Under the pieces are notes generated by a model. It was not told the DNA's origin. It did no database searches and was given only the letters and a program-made list of their open reading frames with translations. From assembly GCA_017396825.1 (NCBI GenBank), contig JAFQKR010000086.1:8930-72929 (forward strand): a stretch of 64,000 nt of DNA, written 5' to 3'. The translations under genes were made by a program, and so were the position numbers. Origin of the DNA: Clostridia bacterium. GTDB taxonomy: Bacteria > Bacillota > Clostridia > Oscillospirales > CAG-382. Shown here piece by piece: positions 1 through 11,183 of the stretch (its first letter is position 1; every line of letters starts with the position of its first letter).

Positions 1-1
1 G

Positions 2-3000
2 GGTGCCGATCTGTATGTTGAACAGATCGAAAGCGGCTCTAATGCTGCTCTCAGAGTATATTACCGCAACCTCCCCGATCAAACTAATACCACTTTGCAA
101 AAGCTTCTTGAGTATTATTTCTCTAATAACGGTATCACCTCTTATAGCGATGCATTAAAGCAGATTGAAAAACTTGAGATAGTTTGCCGTGGTGACAAGG
201 TAATAACTGCTACCGACTTTACCTATATCAAGACGTACATGAGTAATATAGCAGCTCTGGATATGTCTCAGGCGGCGTTGGAGAGCAACACTTTGCCCGC
301 GTATGCGTTCCAAAATCAGTCTAGTCTTGAAGCGTTAGTCGATTTAGAATCTGTGGTGTTGCCTAGAAGCGTGACCACTATCGGCAATTACGCTTTAAGC
401 GGCATGTCTATTAAGAGTATAATTATCCCTGCAACCGTAACAAGGATCAACTCCAATGCATTAAACGGCATATCATTTGTTTATATGCAGTCTTATGAGC
501 CTTGTACTTTTTCCGCCACCGGTCACGGTAAAACATATTTCTTCGTGCCTGATTCATCTCTTACCATTTATAAAACTACGGGGAACTGGGTTGGTTGCGA
601 GTCGAGGATCTATCCGACTGCAACGCTTGCAGATGATGAAAAGACTCATGTGCGTAAGATGGGAGACGGTACTTATGAGATCGTTCATTATCTTGGCACG
701 GACCTTGAATTGAATGTCGGTGAAAACGTTACCATTGATAATATTAATCTCACTGTAAGTTCTGTTGGTGAGAACGCGTATCGACATATTATTCATGCTT
801 TTACCTTGAAGTTTGCTCCTACAGTTACAAACGTATCTACCAAAGCGTTTTTTGCTTCGGGCGTAAGGGGGATAATTAGTTTTGGCGGCGTAAAAACCAT
901 AGGAAATGATGCATTTAGAACATGTAATGGTATTACGGCTATACTTGACGGTAACTTGATAGAAAGCATTGGGACATATGCCTTTGAGTCTTGCCCATCT
1001 TTGTATCAAGTGGTTCTTCCTAATATTAAGACAGTCGGGGAAGGAGCTTTTTCAAATACACAATCCCTCGTTTCCATAACCTTTGGTGATGAGGTAGAAA
1101 ACATTGCAAGATATCAGTTCCAAAATTGCGGACAACTTAGAGAAATTACTATACGCAATCGCAATGCTGATGGTGTTACCATTGCAACTGCTATTTTTTC
1201 CAGTGTTGACTCTACAGTTTTGAAGACGTTAAAAGTGTACGTTCCGTCAGAGAGTTACGATGATTACTACACAAAATTCATGAGCAGTTCATTGTCATCT
1301 CGAGTGTACGTGTTGTGTGAAGATGGCGAGTTGTACGGTTCAAACGTTGTAGAGGTTCGTCAAAACAACGATATTATAGGCACTGTTGATTTGGGGCTTT
1401 TCCGCGTGCATGATTATGGTGATGGCACGGTGTCGGTTTCCAGTTGTACCCTTACCGACAAAGATACCAAGGATGCCTCTTTCTGGTCTTCATTTGATCC
1501 CATACCAGCAACTATCGAGGGGAAAACGGTAGTTCGTTTGGGTGCCGGCTCTTACCGAGCAGTTCCTTTTGACAAAATGACCGCGACAGAGGGCGATACT
1601 TGGGGAAACAATAATGCTAATATACCTGCATCTGTCAAAGAAATAGGTGCATACGCCTTTTATAATAGCAATGTTTCGGTTACTACCTTGAATTCAGTTG
1701 AAACTGTCGGCACTTTTGCGTTTTACGGAACTACAAAGTTATATTACGTTGATGCACCTTCTCTTATCAACATAGGCGCTTCTGCCTTTGCAAACAGTAC
1801 CGGTCTCCGCCAGTTTAGAGGTAACAATGTAATCTCTATAGGAATCAGTTGTTTTGATAATTGCACAAGGCTTCTCAGAATATATGTTCCTTCTTTTGCC
1901 GATTCTGTTGCTGATACGCCTTGGCTAACCGGTGCGACCAACTTGGTTGAACTTTGGATATCTGTTAATGGAACGGCATCGCCTAAAAACAGACCAACTT
2001 ATGAAACACATCCTGATGCAATAATTTTCTCCTATATTGATGCTTCCGGATCGTATAAACAGTATAACGCGTCCAATGTAATGCCTGCAAACGTAAAGGA
2101 TTACTACGTCGTTGATGAAAATGGTAAGACTTTGTGCGTGCTTGAAGATATGGCTGATTATTGGGTAATCGAGGAAACATCCGACGATATCGATAATACA
2201 GTTACTATAGTGAATTATTTCCAAAGAGATGCTATCACCGGCACATTTACAGTACCTGCTACTTTGCAGGCTGTGAAAAATGGTTCCACTGTTTCTGTAA
2301 CGGTAGTTTCTATCGGTAAAGCTGTTTTTGTTGGTACGGATTTTGGCGGAAACGCTGTATCTTTCGGATCAACTATCAGAAAGTTGTATACAAACGTGTT
2401 TAGACTTAATGACACTTTGGGTGGTAATATCAATCTAAACTCAATTGAAGATGTTGGTCAGTATTCGTTCTACTATACGGGTATAACGGGAGTTGTCGCA
2501 CCAAAACTTCAAACCATTAGTACCTACGTTTTTGAAGGTTGTTCCTTGCTTAAAACTGCCAGCATGCCCGAGCTTACGATAGTTAGAACTTCGACCTTTG
2601 CAAATTGTATCAGTCTTGAAAGCGTTTACTTTGAAAAAGTAACTGCTTTCCAAGGCAGTGCATTTCTCGCGGACGTAAAACTTAAAAGTATTACTATAAA
2701 CCGTGTTTTAGCCGATGCTGCCGAACTACCTACGTTCTCGTATACTGCCAGTTCGTACAATACCAGTGTCTACACTTATAAGTTTGAATTTTATGTTAAT
2801 AGCCAAAGCATAGAATATTACCGTAAAGATGCTAATTATAGTAAGTTTTCTATTTACGCTTTAGATACCGTTATGAGCACAACGGACGGTAACTATAGCT
2901 TGATAGAGAAGGGTGACGGTTGGGAGCTTATCAGTTTCACTCCCTTGACAAGCGTAACAACTCTTATCGTTCCTCAAACTTATAATGGCAATGACATAAT

Positions 3001-3517
3001 TTATATTCGTCCGGGCGCATTCAGTTTGTGTTCCGCTATTACAAGTATAACACTTCCTGCAAGCTACTGTCATTATCAGTACGGTGCGTTTAGCGGAATG
3101 AATGAACTTCAAAGCGTTCTGGTTGCTTCCGGCTCCGGTTATTACAAGTCTGTTGACGGGGTACTGTTTACGGCTAATGGCGATGAGCTTGTTTACTATC
3201 CTGTAAGAAAAACGTTGACAAGCTATACCGTTCCCGCCGGAACAAAGGTCATCCAAAGCTATGCCTTTGAGGGTGTTACCGCCCTTCAAAGTGTGACCAT
3301 ATCCGCTGATGTCAGCGTTATCGGTTACAAGGCGTTTGAGGGGTGCGGTATCAAGACGTTCACCTTCCTCGGAACCTCTCCTGCGTATCTAGTGGATACC
3401 GATGTGTTCAATACCAACATTGATGGCTTTGCAATCTACGTTCCTGCAGGTAGCAGTTCTGACTACAAGGTTGCCAGTGGCTTTATCAAGTATAAGGACG
3501 ATATTTTTGAAAGTTAA
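2..3517 (+). CDS. BspA-type leucine-rich repeat surface protein (5' partial)
   Basis: The 1140-aa ORF has many degenerate ~23-aa repeats of the type IGxxAFxxCxxL (LRR_5/BspA-like). The frame is open back to base 2 with no stop, so the gene begins upstream of the window. No dockerin at the C-terminus. Confidence 0.6.
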   Translation, partial: GADLYVEQIESGSNAALRVYYRNLPDQTNTTLQKLLEYYFSNNGITSYSDALKQIEKLEIVCRGDKVITATDFTYIKTYMSNIAALDMSQAALESNTLPAYAFQNQSSLEALVDLESVVLPRSVTTIGNYALSGMSIKSIIIPATVTRINSNALNGISFVYMQSYEPCTFSATGHGKTYFFVPDSSLTIYKTTGNWVGCESRIYPTATLADDEKTHVRKMGDGTYEIVHYLGTDLELNVGENVTIDNINLTVSSVGENAYRHIIHAFTLKFAPTVTNVSTKAFFASGVRGIISFGGVKTIGNDAFRTCNGITAILDGNLIESIGTYAFESCPSLYQVVLPNIKTVGEGAFSNTQSLVSITFGDEVENIARYQFQNCGQLREITIRNRNADGVTIATAIFSSVDSTVLKTLKVYVPSESYDDYYTKFMSSSLSSRVYVLCEDGELYGSNVVEVRQNNDIIGTVDLGLFRVHDYGDGTVSVSSCTLTDKDTKDASFWSSFDPIPATIEGKTVVRLGAGSYRAVPFDKMTATEGDTWGNNNANIPASVKEIGAYAFYNSNVSVTTLNSVETVGTFAFYGTTKLYYVDAPSLINIGASAFANSTGLRQFRGNNVISIGISCFDNCTRLLRIYVPSFADSVADTPWLTGATNLVELWISVNGTASPKNRPTYETHPDAIIFSYIDASGSYKQYNASNVMPANVKDYYVVDENGKTLCVLEDMADYWVIEETSDDIDNTVTIVNYFQRDAITGTFTVPATLQAVKNGSTVSVTVVSIGKAVFVGTDFGGNAVSFGSTIRKLYTNVFRLNDTLGGNINLNSIEDVGQYSFYYTGITGVVAPKLQTISTYVFEGCSLLKTASMPELTIVRTSTFANCISLESVYFEKVTAFQGSAFLADVKLKSITINRVLADAAELPTFSYTASSYNTSVYTYKFEFYVNSQSIEYYRKDANYSKFSIYALDTVMSTTDGNYSLIEKGDGWELISFTPLTSVTTLIVPQTYNGNDIIYIRPGAFSLCSAITSITLPASYCHYQYGAFSGMNELQSVLVASGSGYYKSVDGVLFTANGDELVYYPVRKTLTSYTVPAGTKVIQSYAFEGVTALQSVTISADVSVIGYKAFEGCGIKTFTFLGTSPAYLVDTDVFNTNIDGFAIYVPAGSSSDYKVASGFIKYKDDIFES

Positions 3518-3529
3518 AATCTAAAACTA

Positions 3530-3568
3530 AAAACTCCTTCAGGCAAGCGCCTGAAGGAGTTTTTGTTG
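3530..3568. terminator. Bidirectional rho-independent terminator shared by the convergent LRR and mutase genes
   Basis: Hairpin CTCCTTCAGGC-aagc-GCCTGAAGGAG, flanked by AAAA upstream and TTTTTGTTG downstream. Confidence 0.6.
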
Positions 3569-3580
3569 TAAAAATTGTTT

Positions 3581-5299
3581 TTAGAACAAGCCTTTGGTGA
3601 ACTCGTCAAATAAACGGAGCTTTTCATCAACACCTTCGTTGGTATCACCCTTGCCAAGCACGTAAACCTTTATCTTGGGTTCGGTGCCGGAAGGACGGAT
3701 GATGTATGTGCTACCATCAGCAAGCTCGTAATAAAGAACATCAGAGGAGGGAAGTCCGGTACTTTCAGTGCTGCCGTCAGAAAGAATGGTTACAACGCCT
3801 GTCTTATAGTCTCTTATACGAAGAACGGGTATACCTGCAATCTCGGTCATTGCATTAGCACGAAGAGCGGTCATCTTTTCACGCATGGTAGACATAGGGT
3901 CGATACCCTTAACAACGTTGCTTATGCCAAGTTCTTTGTAAAAACCGTATTTCTCATACATATTAAGCAGTAAACTGTAAAGGCTTACACCCTTACGCTT
4001 ATAATAAGCCGCCATCTCTGCAATAAGCAGAGAGGTTGCAACAGCGTCCTTGTCGCGTGCATAGGTGCCGGGAAGATAACCATAACTTTCTTCGTATCCG
4101 AAGATAAAGCCATATTCGCCGCTTTGTTCAAATTCCTTGATCTTTTCACCGATGTATTTAAATCCGGTAAGCACGCTCATGCATTTAACACCATTGGTAG
4201 CGCAAACGGCATCGAATAAAGCACTGGAAACGATGCTCTTAATTGCACAGGGGTTAGCAGGCATGGTGCCCTTTTCTTTTCTGCCCTGTATTATGTATTC
4301 GATAAGCAGTGCGCCGACTTGATTGCCTGAGAAGGGGATGTAGTTTCCGTCGTTATCCTTAGCGATGATACCAACACGGTCGCTGTCAGGGTCAGTTGCA
4401 AGGAAAAGGTCACAGTCGTTGCCGGAAGAAACAGCCATAGCAAGTCCGTCCTTAAAGCATTCCTTGCTTTCGGGGTTGGGAGATTTTACAGTGGGAAAAC
4501 GGCCGTCAGGCTCAGCCTGAGAGGGAACTATGCGAAGGTTTGTAACACCTGCGCGCTTTAAAACCTCGGGAACCAATTTGTAACCGGCGCCGTGAAGCGG
4601 CGTGTAGATTATATTAAGGCTGTCGCCACATTCCTGCAGAGCGTCGGGGCATACCTGACATTCAAGTACAGCTTTCAGATACGCTTCATCAATCTCTTCA
4701 CCGATGATAGAAATAAGACCAGCGTCAACGGCGGCATCAAAGTTCATTCGTTTAACACCGTCAAAGATATCAGTAGAAGCAACAGAGGCGGAAACAACAG
4801 CCGCATGGTCGGGCGGAAGCTGAGCGCCGTCTTCCCAATACACCTTATAGCCGTTATACTCCATAGCGTTATGAGATGCAGTTATGTTGATACCTGCAAT
4901 GCATCCGAGATGAAGTATGGCGAAAGAAAGCTCGGGAGTGGGGCGAAGGCTTTCAAAATAGTAAACCTTGATACCGTTGGCGGCAAGCACTTCAGCAGCT
5001 GCACGAGAAAACTCAATAGAGTTTATACGGCTGTCGTAGGCTATGGCAACACCTCTTTCAGCACCGTTGTTATCAATGATAAGTTTAGCAAGCCCTGCGG
5101 TGGTGTGAGCAACGGTGTAAATGTTCATTCTACCGGTGCCGGCAGTCATAATGCTGCGTAAACCGGCGGTGCCGAACTCCATCGGTACGCCAAACCTTGC
5201 TTTGATTTCATCTTCGTTGTTTGCAATGGAGCGAAGCTCTTCCTTGGTCTGCTCATCAACGATAGGGGAGTTAAGCCATTTGTTATACATATTAAGCAT
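3581..5299 (-). CDS. Phosphoglucomutase/phosphomannomutase (alpha-D-phosphohexomutase, PgcA-like)
   Basis: TASHN active-site loop and the four-domain mutase architecture. The ORF-track start at 5407 lies in AT-rich promoter DNA. The likely start is ATG 5299 (MLNMYNKWL), preceded by AAGGAAGGA. Confidence 0.8.
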   Translation of the reverse strand: MLNMYNKWLNSPIVDEQTKEELRSIANNEDEIKARFGVPMEFGTAGLRSIMTAGTGRMNIYTVAHTTAGLAKLIIDNNGAERGVAIAYDSRINSIEFSRAAAEVLAANGIKVYYFESLRPTPELSFAILHLGCIAGINITASHNAMEYNGYKVYWEDGAQLPPDHAAVVSASVASTDIFDGVKRMNFDAAVDAGLISIIGEEIDEAYLKAVLECQVCPDALQECGDSLNIIYTPLHGAGYKLVPEVLKRAGVTNLRIVPSQAEPDGRFPTVKSPNPESKECFKDGLAMAVSSGNDCDLFLATDPDSDRVGIIAKDNDGNYIPFSGNQVGALLIEYIIQGRKEKGTMPANPCAIKSIVSSALFDAVCATNGVKCMSVLTGFKYIGEKIKEFEQSGEYGFIFGYEESYGYLPGTYARDKDAVATSLLIAEMAAYYKRKGVSLYSLLLNMYEKYGFYKELGISNVVKGIDPMSTMREKMTALRANAMTEIAGIPVLRIRDYKTGVVTILSDGSTESTGLPSSDVLYYELADGSTYIIRPSGTEPKIKVYVLGKGDTNEGVDEKLRLFDEFTKGLF

Positions 5300-5459
5300 A
5301 AGGCAAATCCTTCCTTTTAAATATATTAATATAATTATATCATATATAAAAGGAAAATAAAAGTATTTTTGAACATTAAAGGTAAAAAAATTAAAATTTT
5401 TGTTCATAATTAATTTACATTTTTTGGCCCTTATTGCCTAAAAAAATCGTAAAAAACTA

Positions 5460-5488
5460 TTGATTTTACCGAAGCGTTGTAGTATAAT
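5460..5488 (+). promoter_or_regulatory. Sigma-A promoter of the ribosomal protein supercluster
   Basis: TTGATT, 17-nt spacer, TATAAT (perfect -10). Confidence 0.6.
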
Positions 5489-5672
5489 TATGAGGCTTGA
5501 GTGCGATGAAGCGGGAAGTTGCTGCCGCCATGCAGGTAATTTCCGTGGAGTATGTCCGACAATCGGGCGATGGGGAAGCATTTTTTAAGGGCGAACGATG
5601 AAACGCCCGAAAGCGTGTTAAGACCCAGCCACCAAGTTAACTACAATATATTATAATTAGGAGGCACAAAAC
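5489..5672 (+). promoter_or_regulatory. ~185-nt untranslated leader of the S10 operon; possible r-protein autoregulatory leader
   Basis: Long GC-richer leader between the promoter and the rpsJ RBS. It contains the hairpin GGGCG-aacgatgaaa-CGCCC. No convincing ORF. Confidence 0.3.
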
Positions 5673-5984
5673 ATGGCAAACAAGGAAAAGATCAGAATTC
5701 GTCTTAAGTCCTATGATCACACTCTCATCGATCAGTGTGCAGAGAAGATAGTAGAGACCGCAAAGAGAAACGGCGCATCCGTTTCCGGTCCTATTCCGCT
5801 TCCCACTGATAAGGAAATTATCACCATTCTCCGTGCAGTTCACAAGTATAAGGACAGCCGTGAGCAGTTTGAACGCAGAACCCATAAGCGCCTTATCGAC
5901 ATCATTAAGCCCTCTCAGAAGGCTGTTGAGGCTCTTATGAATATCGAAATGCCTGCAGGCGTTGATATTGAAATTAAGCTTTAA
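5673..5984 (+). CDS. rpsJ: 30S ribosomal protein S10
   Basis: [16 protein letters not shown]... is canonical S10. RBS AGGAGG. Confidence 0.95.
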   Translation: MANKEKIRIRLKSYDHTLIDQCAEKIVETAKRNGASVSGPIPLPTDKEIITILRAVHKYKDSREQFERRTHKRLIDIIKPSQKAVEALMNIEMPAGVDIEIKL

Positions 5985-6105
5985 TTCAAACTGAAAGTGC
6001 CGAAAGGCACAATTAATTACGACAATTACGCAACAAAGCGTAAAATAACGGTCATGTTGCGGGGTGCAAAGCCTTGTAACCAATAACCGTAAGGAGGAAA
6101 ATATA

Positions 6106-6735
6106 ATGAAAAAAGGCATCATCGGTAAGAAGATAGGCATGACGCAGATCTTTGATGAAAAGGGCAATGTGATACCTGTAACGGTAATCCAGGCCGGACC
6201 GTGCGTAGTGGTTCAGAAGAAGACCACTGAAAAGGACGGTTATGAAGCAGTTCAGCTTGGCTTCGCTGAAATTAAGGAAGACAAGGTGACTAAGCCTCTT
6301 AAGGGCCACTTCGGCAAGGCTAACGTGGCTTACAAGAGATACCTCAAGGAATTTAGACTTGAGGATTGTGCAGCGCTTAACGTAGGCGACATTGTTAAGG
6401 CAGACGCTTTTGAAGCTGGCGAGAGAGTTGACGTAACCGGCATGACTAAGGGCCGCGGCTTCTCCGGTGTTATCAAGAGATGGGGTTGCCACAGACTTAG
6501 AATGTCCCACGGTACAGGTCCTGTTCACCGTCAGGTTGGTTCTATGGGCGCAAACAGTGATCCTTCCAGAGTTATGAAGAACAAGAAGATGGCAGGTCAG
6601 TACGGTAACGAAAAGGTTACCACCCTCAACCTCGACGTGGTTAAGGTTGACAAGGAAAAGAACCTGTTAGCTATAAAGGGTGCCGTTCCCGGTTCCCGCG
6701 GCGGTATAGTTTATATCCGCAATACAGTAAAGTAA
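6106..6735 (+). CDS. rplC: 50S ribosomal protein L3
   Basis: [16 protein letters not shown]... The track start (GTG 6064) is an upstream extension. ATG 6106 follows AAGGAGGA. Confidence 0.95.
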   Translation: MKKGIIGKKIGMTQIFDEKGNVIPVTVIQAGPCVVVQKKTTEKDGYEAVQLGFAEIKEDKVTKPLKGHFGKANVAYKRYLKEFRLEDCAALNVGDIVKADAFEAGERVDVTGMTKGRGFSGVIKRWGCHRLRMSHGTGPVHRQVGSMGANSDPSRVMKNKKMAGQYGNEKVTTLNLDVVKVDKEKNLLAIKGAVPGSRGGIVYIRNTVK

Positions 6736-6748
6736 AGGAGGAAATGAC

Positions 6749-7372
6749 ATGGCTAAACTTAACGTACTCAATATGCAAGGTGCAAATTGCGGCGAAATCG
6801 AGCTTTCCGATGTAGTTTTCGGCGCAGAAGTTAACGTTGCTGTGCTTCACTCTGTTGTAAGAGCATACCTCCTTAATCAGAGACAAGGCACACAGTCCAC
6901 TCTTACCAGAAGCGAAGTTTCCGGCGGCGGCAGAAAGCCCTGGAGACAGAAGGGCACCGGTAGAGCAAGACAGGGTAGCACCCGTTCTCCTCAGTGGACC
7001 CACGGTGGTATCGCTCTTGGTCCTAAGCCCAGACTTTACAAGGTAAGCATTAATAAGAAGGTTAAGAAAATTGCGATGAGAAGCGCACTTTCTTCCAAGG
7101 TTATCGACAGTGAACTGATTGTTATCGACAATATCGCACTTGACGAATACAAGACCAAGAAGATAGCTGCTTTCCTTAGCGCAGTTGGTGCTAACGGCAA
7201 AACACTTATCGTTACTGCTGAAGCAGACCAGAAGGTATACCGCTCCGCGGGTAATATTCCCGGCGTAAAGGCGACCCCTGTAAACGCACTTAACGTTTAC
7301 GACATACTTAACTGTGACAAACTTGTTATAGCTAAGGACGCCGTTGCCAGGTTAGAGGAGGTTTACGCCTAA
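6749..7372 (+). CDS. rplD: 50S ribosomal protein L4
   Basis: L4 signature ...[19 protein letters not shown]... Confidence 0.95.
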   Translation: MAKLNVLNMQGANCGEIELSDVVFGAEVNVAVLHSVVRAYLLNQRQGTQSTLTRSEVSGGGRKPWRQKGTGRARQGSTRSPQWTHGGIALGPKPRLYKVSINKKVKKIAMRSALSSKVIDSELIVIDNIALDEYKTKKIAAFLSAVGANGKTLIVTAEADQKVYRSAGNIPGVKATPVNALNVYDILNCDKLVIAKDAVARLEEVYA

Positions 7373-7665
7373 TGAAAACTTGCTACGACATCATATTAAA
7401 GCCTGTTATAACCGAAGCTTCCATTGCAGATATGCAGGACAAGAAGTACACCTTTAAGGTTGCTGTTGACGCTGATAAGAAGCAGATCAAGGCAGCTGTT
7501 GAAGAAATCTTCAAGGTAGAGGTTGAAAAGGTTACCACTATCAACGTTAAAGCTAAATCCAAGAGACTCGGTTACCACTACGGTAAGACCTCCGCTTGGA
7601 AGAAGGCATTTGTTAAACTTACCGCTGGTTCAAAGACTATTGAGTTCTTTGACAGCTTGATGTAA
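7372..7665 (+). CDS. rplW: 50S ribosomal protein L23
   Basis: 97 aa. The start overlaps the rplD stop (TAATG). Confidence 0.9.
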   Translation: MKTCYDIILKPVITEASIADMQDKKYTFKVAVDADKKQIKAAVEEIFKVEVEKVTTINVKAKSKRLGYHYGKTSAWKKAFVKLTAGSKTIEFFDSLM

Positions 7666-7685
7666 TCGAAAGGAGTTATTAGAAA

Positions 7686-8516
7686 ATGGCTACAAAGACA
7701 TATAAACCGACAACTCCCTCGAGAAGAAATATGGCTACCCCCTCTTTCGAGGAGATAACCAAAAAGACTCCTGAGAAGAGTCTTGTGACAGTTCTCAAGA
7801 AGCACTCCGGTCGTAACAATACCGGTAGAATAACCGTTCGTCATCGCGGCGGCGGCAACAAGAAGAAGTACAGAATTATCGACTTTAAGCGTCAGAGCGA
7901 CCTCGCTAATACTGTTACTGCTATCGAGTACGACCCTAACCGTACCGCTTATATAGCACTTCTTGCGGATACCAACGGCAAAAAGAGCTACATCATAGCT
8001 CCTAACGGCGTTAAGGTTGGCGATGTTCTTTACAGCGGCGCTGATGCAGACATCAAGCCCGGTAACACCCTTCCTATCTCCTCCATTCCCGTAGGTACCT
8101 TCATTCACAATATCGAGCTTTATCCCGGTAGAGGTGCTCAGCTCGTTAGAAGCGCAGGCAGCGCTGCTCAGCTTATGGCTAAGGAAAACGGCATGGCACA
8201 GGTTAGACTTCCCTCCGGTGAAGTTAGATACATCCGCCTCAATTGCGTTGCAACTATCGGTCAGGTAGGCAACCTTGAACATGAAAATGTTAAACTCGGT
8301 AAGGCTGGTAAGACCCGCCATCTCGGTATCAGACCTACAGTTCGCGGTTCCGTTATGAACCCCTGCGATCACCCTCACGGTGGTGGTGAAGGCCGTTCTC
8401 CTATTGGTAGACCTTCTCCTGTTACTCCTTGGGGTAAGCCTGCTCTCGGTTATAAGACCAGAAGCAAGAAGGCTCGCACTAACAAGTTCATAGTTAAGCG
8501 CAGAAACGACAAGTAA
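7686..8516 (+). CDS. rplB: 50S ribosomal protein L2
   Basis: 276 aa, ...HPHGGGEGR... motif. Confidence 0.95.
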   Translation: MATKTYKPTTPSRRNMATPSFEEITKKTPEKSLVTVLKKHSGRNNTGRITVRHRGGGNKKKYRIIDFKRQSDLANTVTAIEYDPNRTAYIALLADTNGKKSYIIAPNGVKVGDVLYSGADADIKPGNTLPISSIPVGTFIHNIELYPGRGAQLVRSAGSAAQLMAKENGMAQVRLPSGEVRYIRLNCVATIGQVGNLEHENVKLGKAGKTRHLGIRPTVRGSVMNPCDHPHGGGEGRSPIGRPSPVTPWGKPALGYKTRSKKARTNKFIVKRRNDK

Positions 8517-8528
8517 GGAGGAACGATT

Positions 8529-8810
8529 ATGAGCAGAAGTGTTAAAAAAGGACCATTTGTCGAAGCTAAGCTTTACAGCAGAGTTTGCGACATGAATAAG
8601 AAGGGCGAAAAGCGTGTTTTGAAGACATGGTCTCGTTCTTCCACAATCTTCCCCGAATTTGTTGGCCATACAATCGCAGTACACAATGGTAAGACTCATG
8701 TTCCTGTATACGTAGTAGAGGACATGGTTGGCCATAAGCTTGGTGAATTTGCACCTACCCGTACCTTTAGAGGCCACGCAGGCTCCAAGACCTCTAATAA
8801 CGGTAAGTAA
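8529..8810 (+). CDS. rpsS: 30S ribosomal protein S19
   Basis: [11 protein letters not shown]... Confidence 0.95.
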   Translation: MSRSVKKGPFVEAKLYSRVCDMNKKGEKRVLKTWSRSSTIFPEFVGHTIAVHNGKTHVPVYVVEDMVGHKLGEFAPTRTFRGHAGSKTSNNGK

Positions 8811-8832
8811 AGCACACGAAAGGAGATAAAAA

Positions 8833-9183
8833 ATGGAACAGAAAATAGCAAAAGCGTATCTCAGACAGTTACGCATGTCTCCCCGTAAGGTGCAGATAGT
8901 TCTTGACCTTATAAGAGGCAAGGATGCCGCTAAGGCAATGGCTATACTCAAGACTACCAATAAGATCGCTTGCGAACCTATCAGCAAACTTCTTAAGTCT
9001 GCTATAGCAAACGCTGAAAATAATCACGAGATGGATGTAGAAAAGCTTTACGTTGCAGAATGCTTCGTAACCCCCGGTATGCTTAAGGGTATGAAGAGAG
9101 TAATGCCCAGAGCACGCGGCGGCGCAGCTAGAATAATCAAGCGCACTTCTCACATCACTATCGCTCTTAAGGAAAAGGAATAG
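8833..9183 (+). CDS. rplV: 50S ribosomal protein L22
   Basis: 116 aa, [15 protein letters not shown]... Confidence 0.9.
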   Translation: MEQKIAKAYLRQLRMSPRKVQIVLDLIRGKDAAKAMAILKTTNKIACEPISKLLKSAIANAENNHEMDVEKLYVAECFVTPGMLKGMKRVMPRARGGAARIIKRTSHITIALKEKE

Positions 9184-9196
9184 GAGGCAACAGAGT

Positions 9197-9862
9197 ATGG
9201 GACAGAAAGTTAATCCCCACGGTCTGCGTGTAGGCGTCATCAAAGATTGGGACTCTCGTTGGTTTGTAAAGGACGAGGAGCTTGGCGATACTATCGTTGC
9301 CGACTACAATCTCAGAAAGTGGCTTAAAGAAAAAATAAAGCAAGCAGGCGTTCCTAAGATAGAGATCGAACGTGCAAGCGCAAGACTTCGCGTTATCATC
9401 TACTGTGCAAAGCCCGGTATCATCATCGGTAAGGGCGGCGCTGAGCTTGAAAAGCTTAAGGCTGAAATAAAGAACTTCACCGGCAAGAATCAGGTTGCTA
9501 TCAGCGTTGTTGAGGTTAAGCAGGTTGATACCAACTCTCAGCTTGTTGCTGAAAACATTACAGCACAGCTCGAAAAGAGAATCTCTTTCCGTCGTGCAAT
9601 GAAGCAGAGCATTGGCAAGGCTATGAGAGCCGGTGCAAAGGGTATAAAGATAATGGTTAGCGGCCGTCTTGGCGGTGCCGAGATAGCTAGAAGTGAACAT
9701 TACCACGAGGGTACAATTCCGCTTCAGACTCTTAGAGCGGACATCGATTACGGCTTCTATGAAGCAAACACCACCTATGGTAAGATCGGTATCAAGGTAT
9801 GGATCTACAAGGGTGAGGTTCTTCCCGAAGTTAAGCGTACCCCTTCCGAAGGAGGTAAGTAA
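9197..9862 (+). CDS. rpsC: 30S ribosomal protein S3
   Basis: [13 protein letters not shown]... with KH domain. Confidence 0.95.
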   Translation: MGQKVNPHGLRVGVIKDWDSRWFVKDEELGDTIVADYNLRKWLKEKIKQAGVPKIEIERASARLRVIIYCAKPGIIIGKGGAELEKLKAEIKNFTGKNQVAISVVEVKQVDTNSQLVAENITAQLEKRISFRRAMKQSIGKAMRAGAKGIKIMVSGRLGGAEIARSEHYHEGTIPLQTLRADIDYGFYEANTTYGKIGIKVWIYKGEVLPEVKRTPSEGGK

Positions 9863-9865
9863 GCT

Positions 9866-10285
9866 ATGTTAATGCCTAAGAGAGTTAAATTTAGAAGAGT
9901 TCAAAGAGGTAGACTTACCGGTAAGGCAATGCGCGGTAACAAGATCACCAACGGTGATTTCGGTCTTGTAGCAACTGAACCTGCATGGATCAAGAGCAAT
10001 CAGATAGAAGCAGCCCGTATTGCAATGACCCGTTACATCAAGAGAGGCGGTTGTGTTTGGATAAAGATATTCCCTGACAATCCCGTTACAGAAAAGCCTG
10101 CTGAAACCCGAATGGGTTCCGGTAAGGGTTCTCCCGAATACTGGGTAGCAGTAGTTAAGCCCGGTAGAGTGCTGTTCGAGATGGACGGCGTTTCCGAAGA
10201 AGTAGCTCGTGAAGCTATGCGTCTTGCGTCTCACAAACTTCCTATCAAGTGCAAGTTTGCGACCAAGAAGGACCTTGAAGCGTAA
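9866..10285 (+). CDS. rplP: 50S ribosomal protein L16
   Basis: [16 protein letters not shown]... Confidence 0.95.
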   Translation: MLMPKRVKFRRVQRGRLTGKAMRGNKITNGDFGLVATEPAWIKSNQIEAARIAMTRYIKRGGCVWIKIFPDNPVTEKPAETRMGSGKGSPEYWVAVVKPGRVLFEMDGVSEEVAREAMRLASHKLPIKCKFATKKDLEA

Positions 10286-10299
10286 GGAGGATAACAAAC

Positions 10300-10500
10300 A
10301 TGAAAGTAACTGAACTTAGAGAAATGTCTGCCTCCGAGCTTGAAAAGGCACTTCGTGAGCAGAAGGAAGTATATTTCAATCTTCGTTTTCAACACTCCAT
10401 CAACCAGCTTGACAACCCTATGAAGATAGTTGAAACCAAAAAGACTATTGCTCGTATAAACACCATCCTTCGCGAGAAGGAACTGGCTGACAGAGCGTAA
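10300..10500 (+). CDS. rpmC: 50S ribosomal protein L29
   Basis: 66 aa, position between L16 and S17. Confidence 0.9.
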   Translation: MKVTELREMSASELEKALREQKEVYFNLRFQHSINQLDNPMKIVETKKTIARINTILREKELADRA

Positions 10501-10517
10501 GCGGGAGGGTATGAATA

Positions 10518-10772
10518 ATGGAAAGATCACTTAGAAAAACAAGAGTCGGCAAGGTAGTAAGCGACAAGATGGATAAGACCGTTGTTGTTTCTATCGTTGA
10601 CAACGTAAAGCATCCGCTTTACAACAAGATAGTTAAGCGTACCGTCCGTTTTAAGGCACACGATGAAAACAATGAGTGCGGCATTGGTGATACCGTTGAG
10701 ATCATGGAAACCCGCCCTCTGTCTAAGGACAAGTATTTCAGAGTTGTGAGAATAATTGAGAAGGCAAAATAA
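10518..10772 (+). CDS. rpsQ: 30S ribosomal protein S17
   Basis: 84 aa, ...[16 protein letters not shown]... Confidence 0.9.
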   Translation: MERSLRKTRVGKVVSDKMDKTVVVSIVDNVKHPLYNKIVKRTVRFKAHDENNECGIGDTVEIMETRPLSKDKYFRVVRIIEKAK

Positions 10773-10799
10773 GCCGCACAGTGAAAGGAGGACACATAA

Positions 10800-11168
10800 A
10801 TGGTACAGCAACAATCCTATTTGAAGGTTGCCGATAATACCGGCGCCAAAGAAATAATGTGCATCCGAGTTCTGGGCGGCACAGGCAGACGCTATGCCGG
10901 TGTTGGCGACGTTATCGTAGCTTCCGTTAAGAAGGCAGCTCCCGGTGGCGTTGTTAAGAAGGGCGAAGTTGTCAGAGCAGTTGTAGTTAGAACGGTTAAG
11001 GGTGTACGCCGTGCAGACGGTTCTTATGTAAAGTTTGACGACAACGCTGCCGTTATAATAAAAGAAGACAAGAACCCCAAGGGTACCCGTATTTTTGGGC
11101 CGGTTGCAAGAGAGCTTCGTGAAAAGGATTATATGAAGATCCTCTCTCTCGCTCCCGAGGTTGTTTAA
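10800..11168 (+). CDS. rplN: 50S ribosomal protein L14
   Basis: M(V/I)[16 protein letters not shown]... Confidence 0.95.
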   Translation: MVQQQSYLKVADNTGAKEIMCIRVLGGTGRRYAGVGDVIVASVKKAAPGGVVKKGEVVRAVVVRTVKGVRRADGSYVKFDDNAAVIIKEDKNPKGTRIFGPVARELREKDYMKILSLAPEVV

Positions 11169-11183
11169 GGAGGTAGCGGCATA

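Noticed and set aside
5300-5407. 36-codon N-terminal extension of the phosphomannomutase ORF
   Set aside because: AT-rich, Phe/Tyr/Ile-rich shadow of promoter DNA. A strong RBS precedes the internal ATG at 5299.
7578-8987. 469-aa minus-strand ORF, and similar long antisense ORFs (10527..11453, 12251..12796, 13489..14166, 14154..14834, 15033..16058, 17742..18149, 18095..18977, 19752..20642)
   Set aside because: They run entirely antisense to highly conserved ribosomal-protein, secY and rpoA genes. They have low-complexity composition and no RBS. They are artefacts of GC-skewed codon usage.
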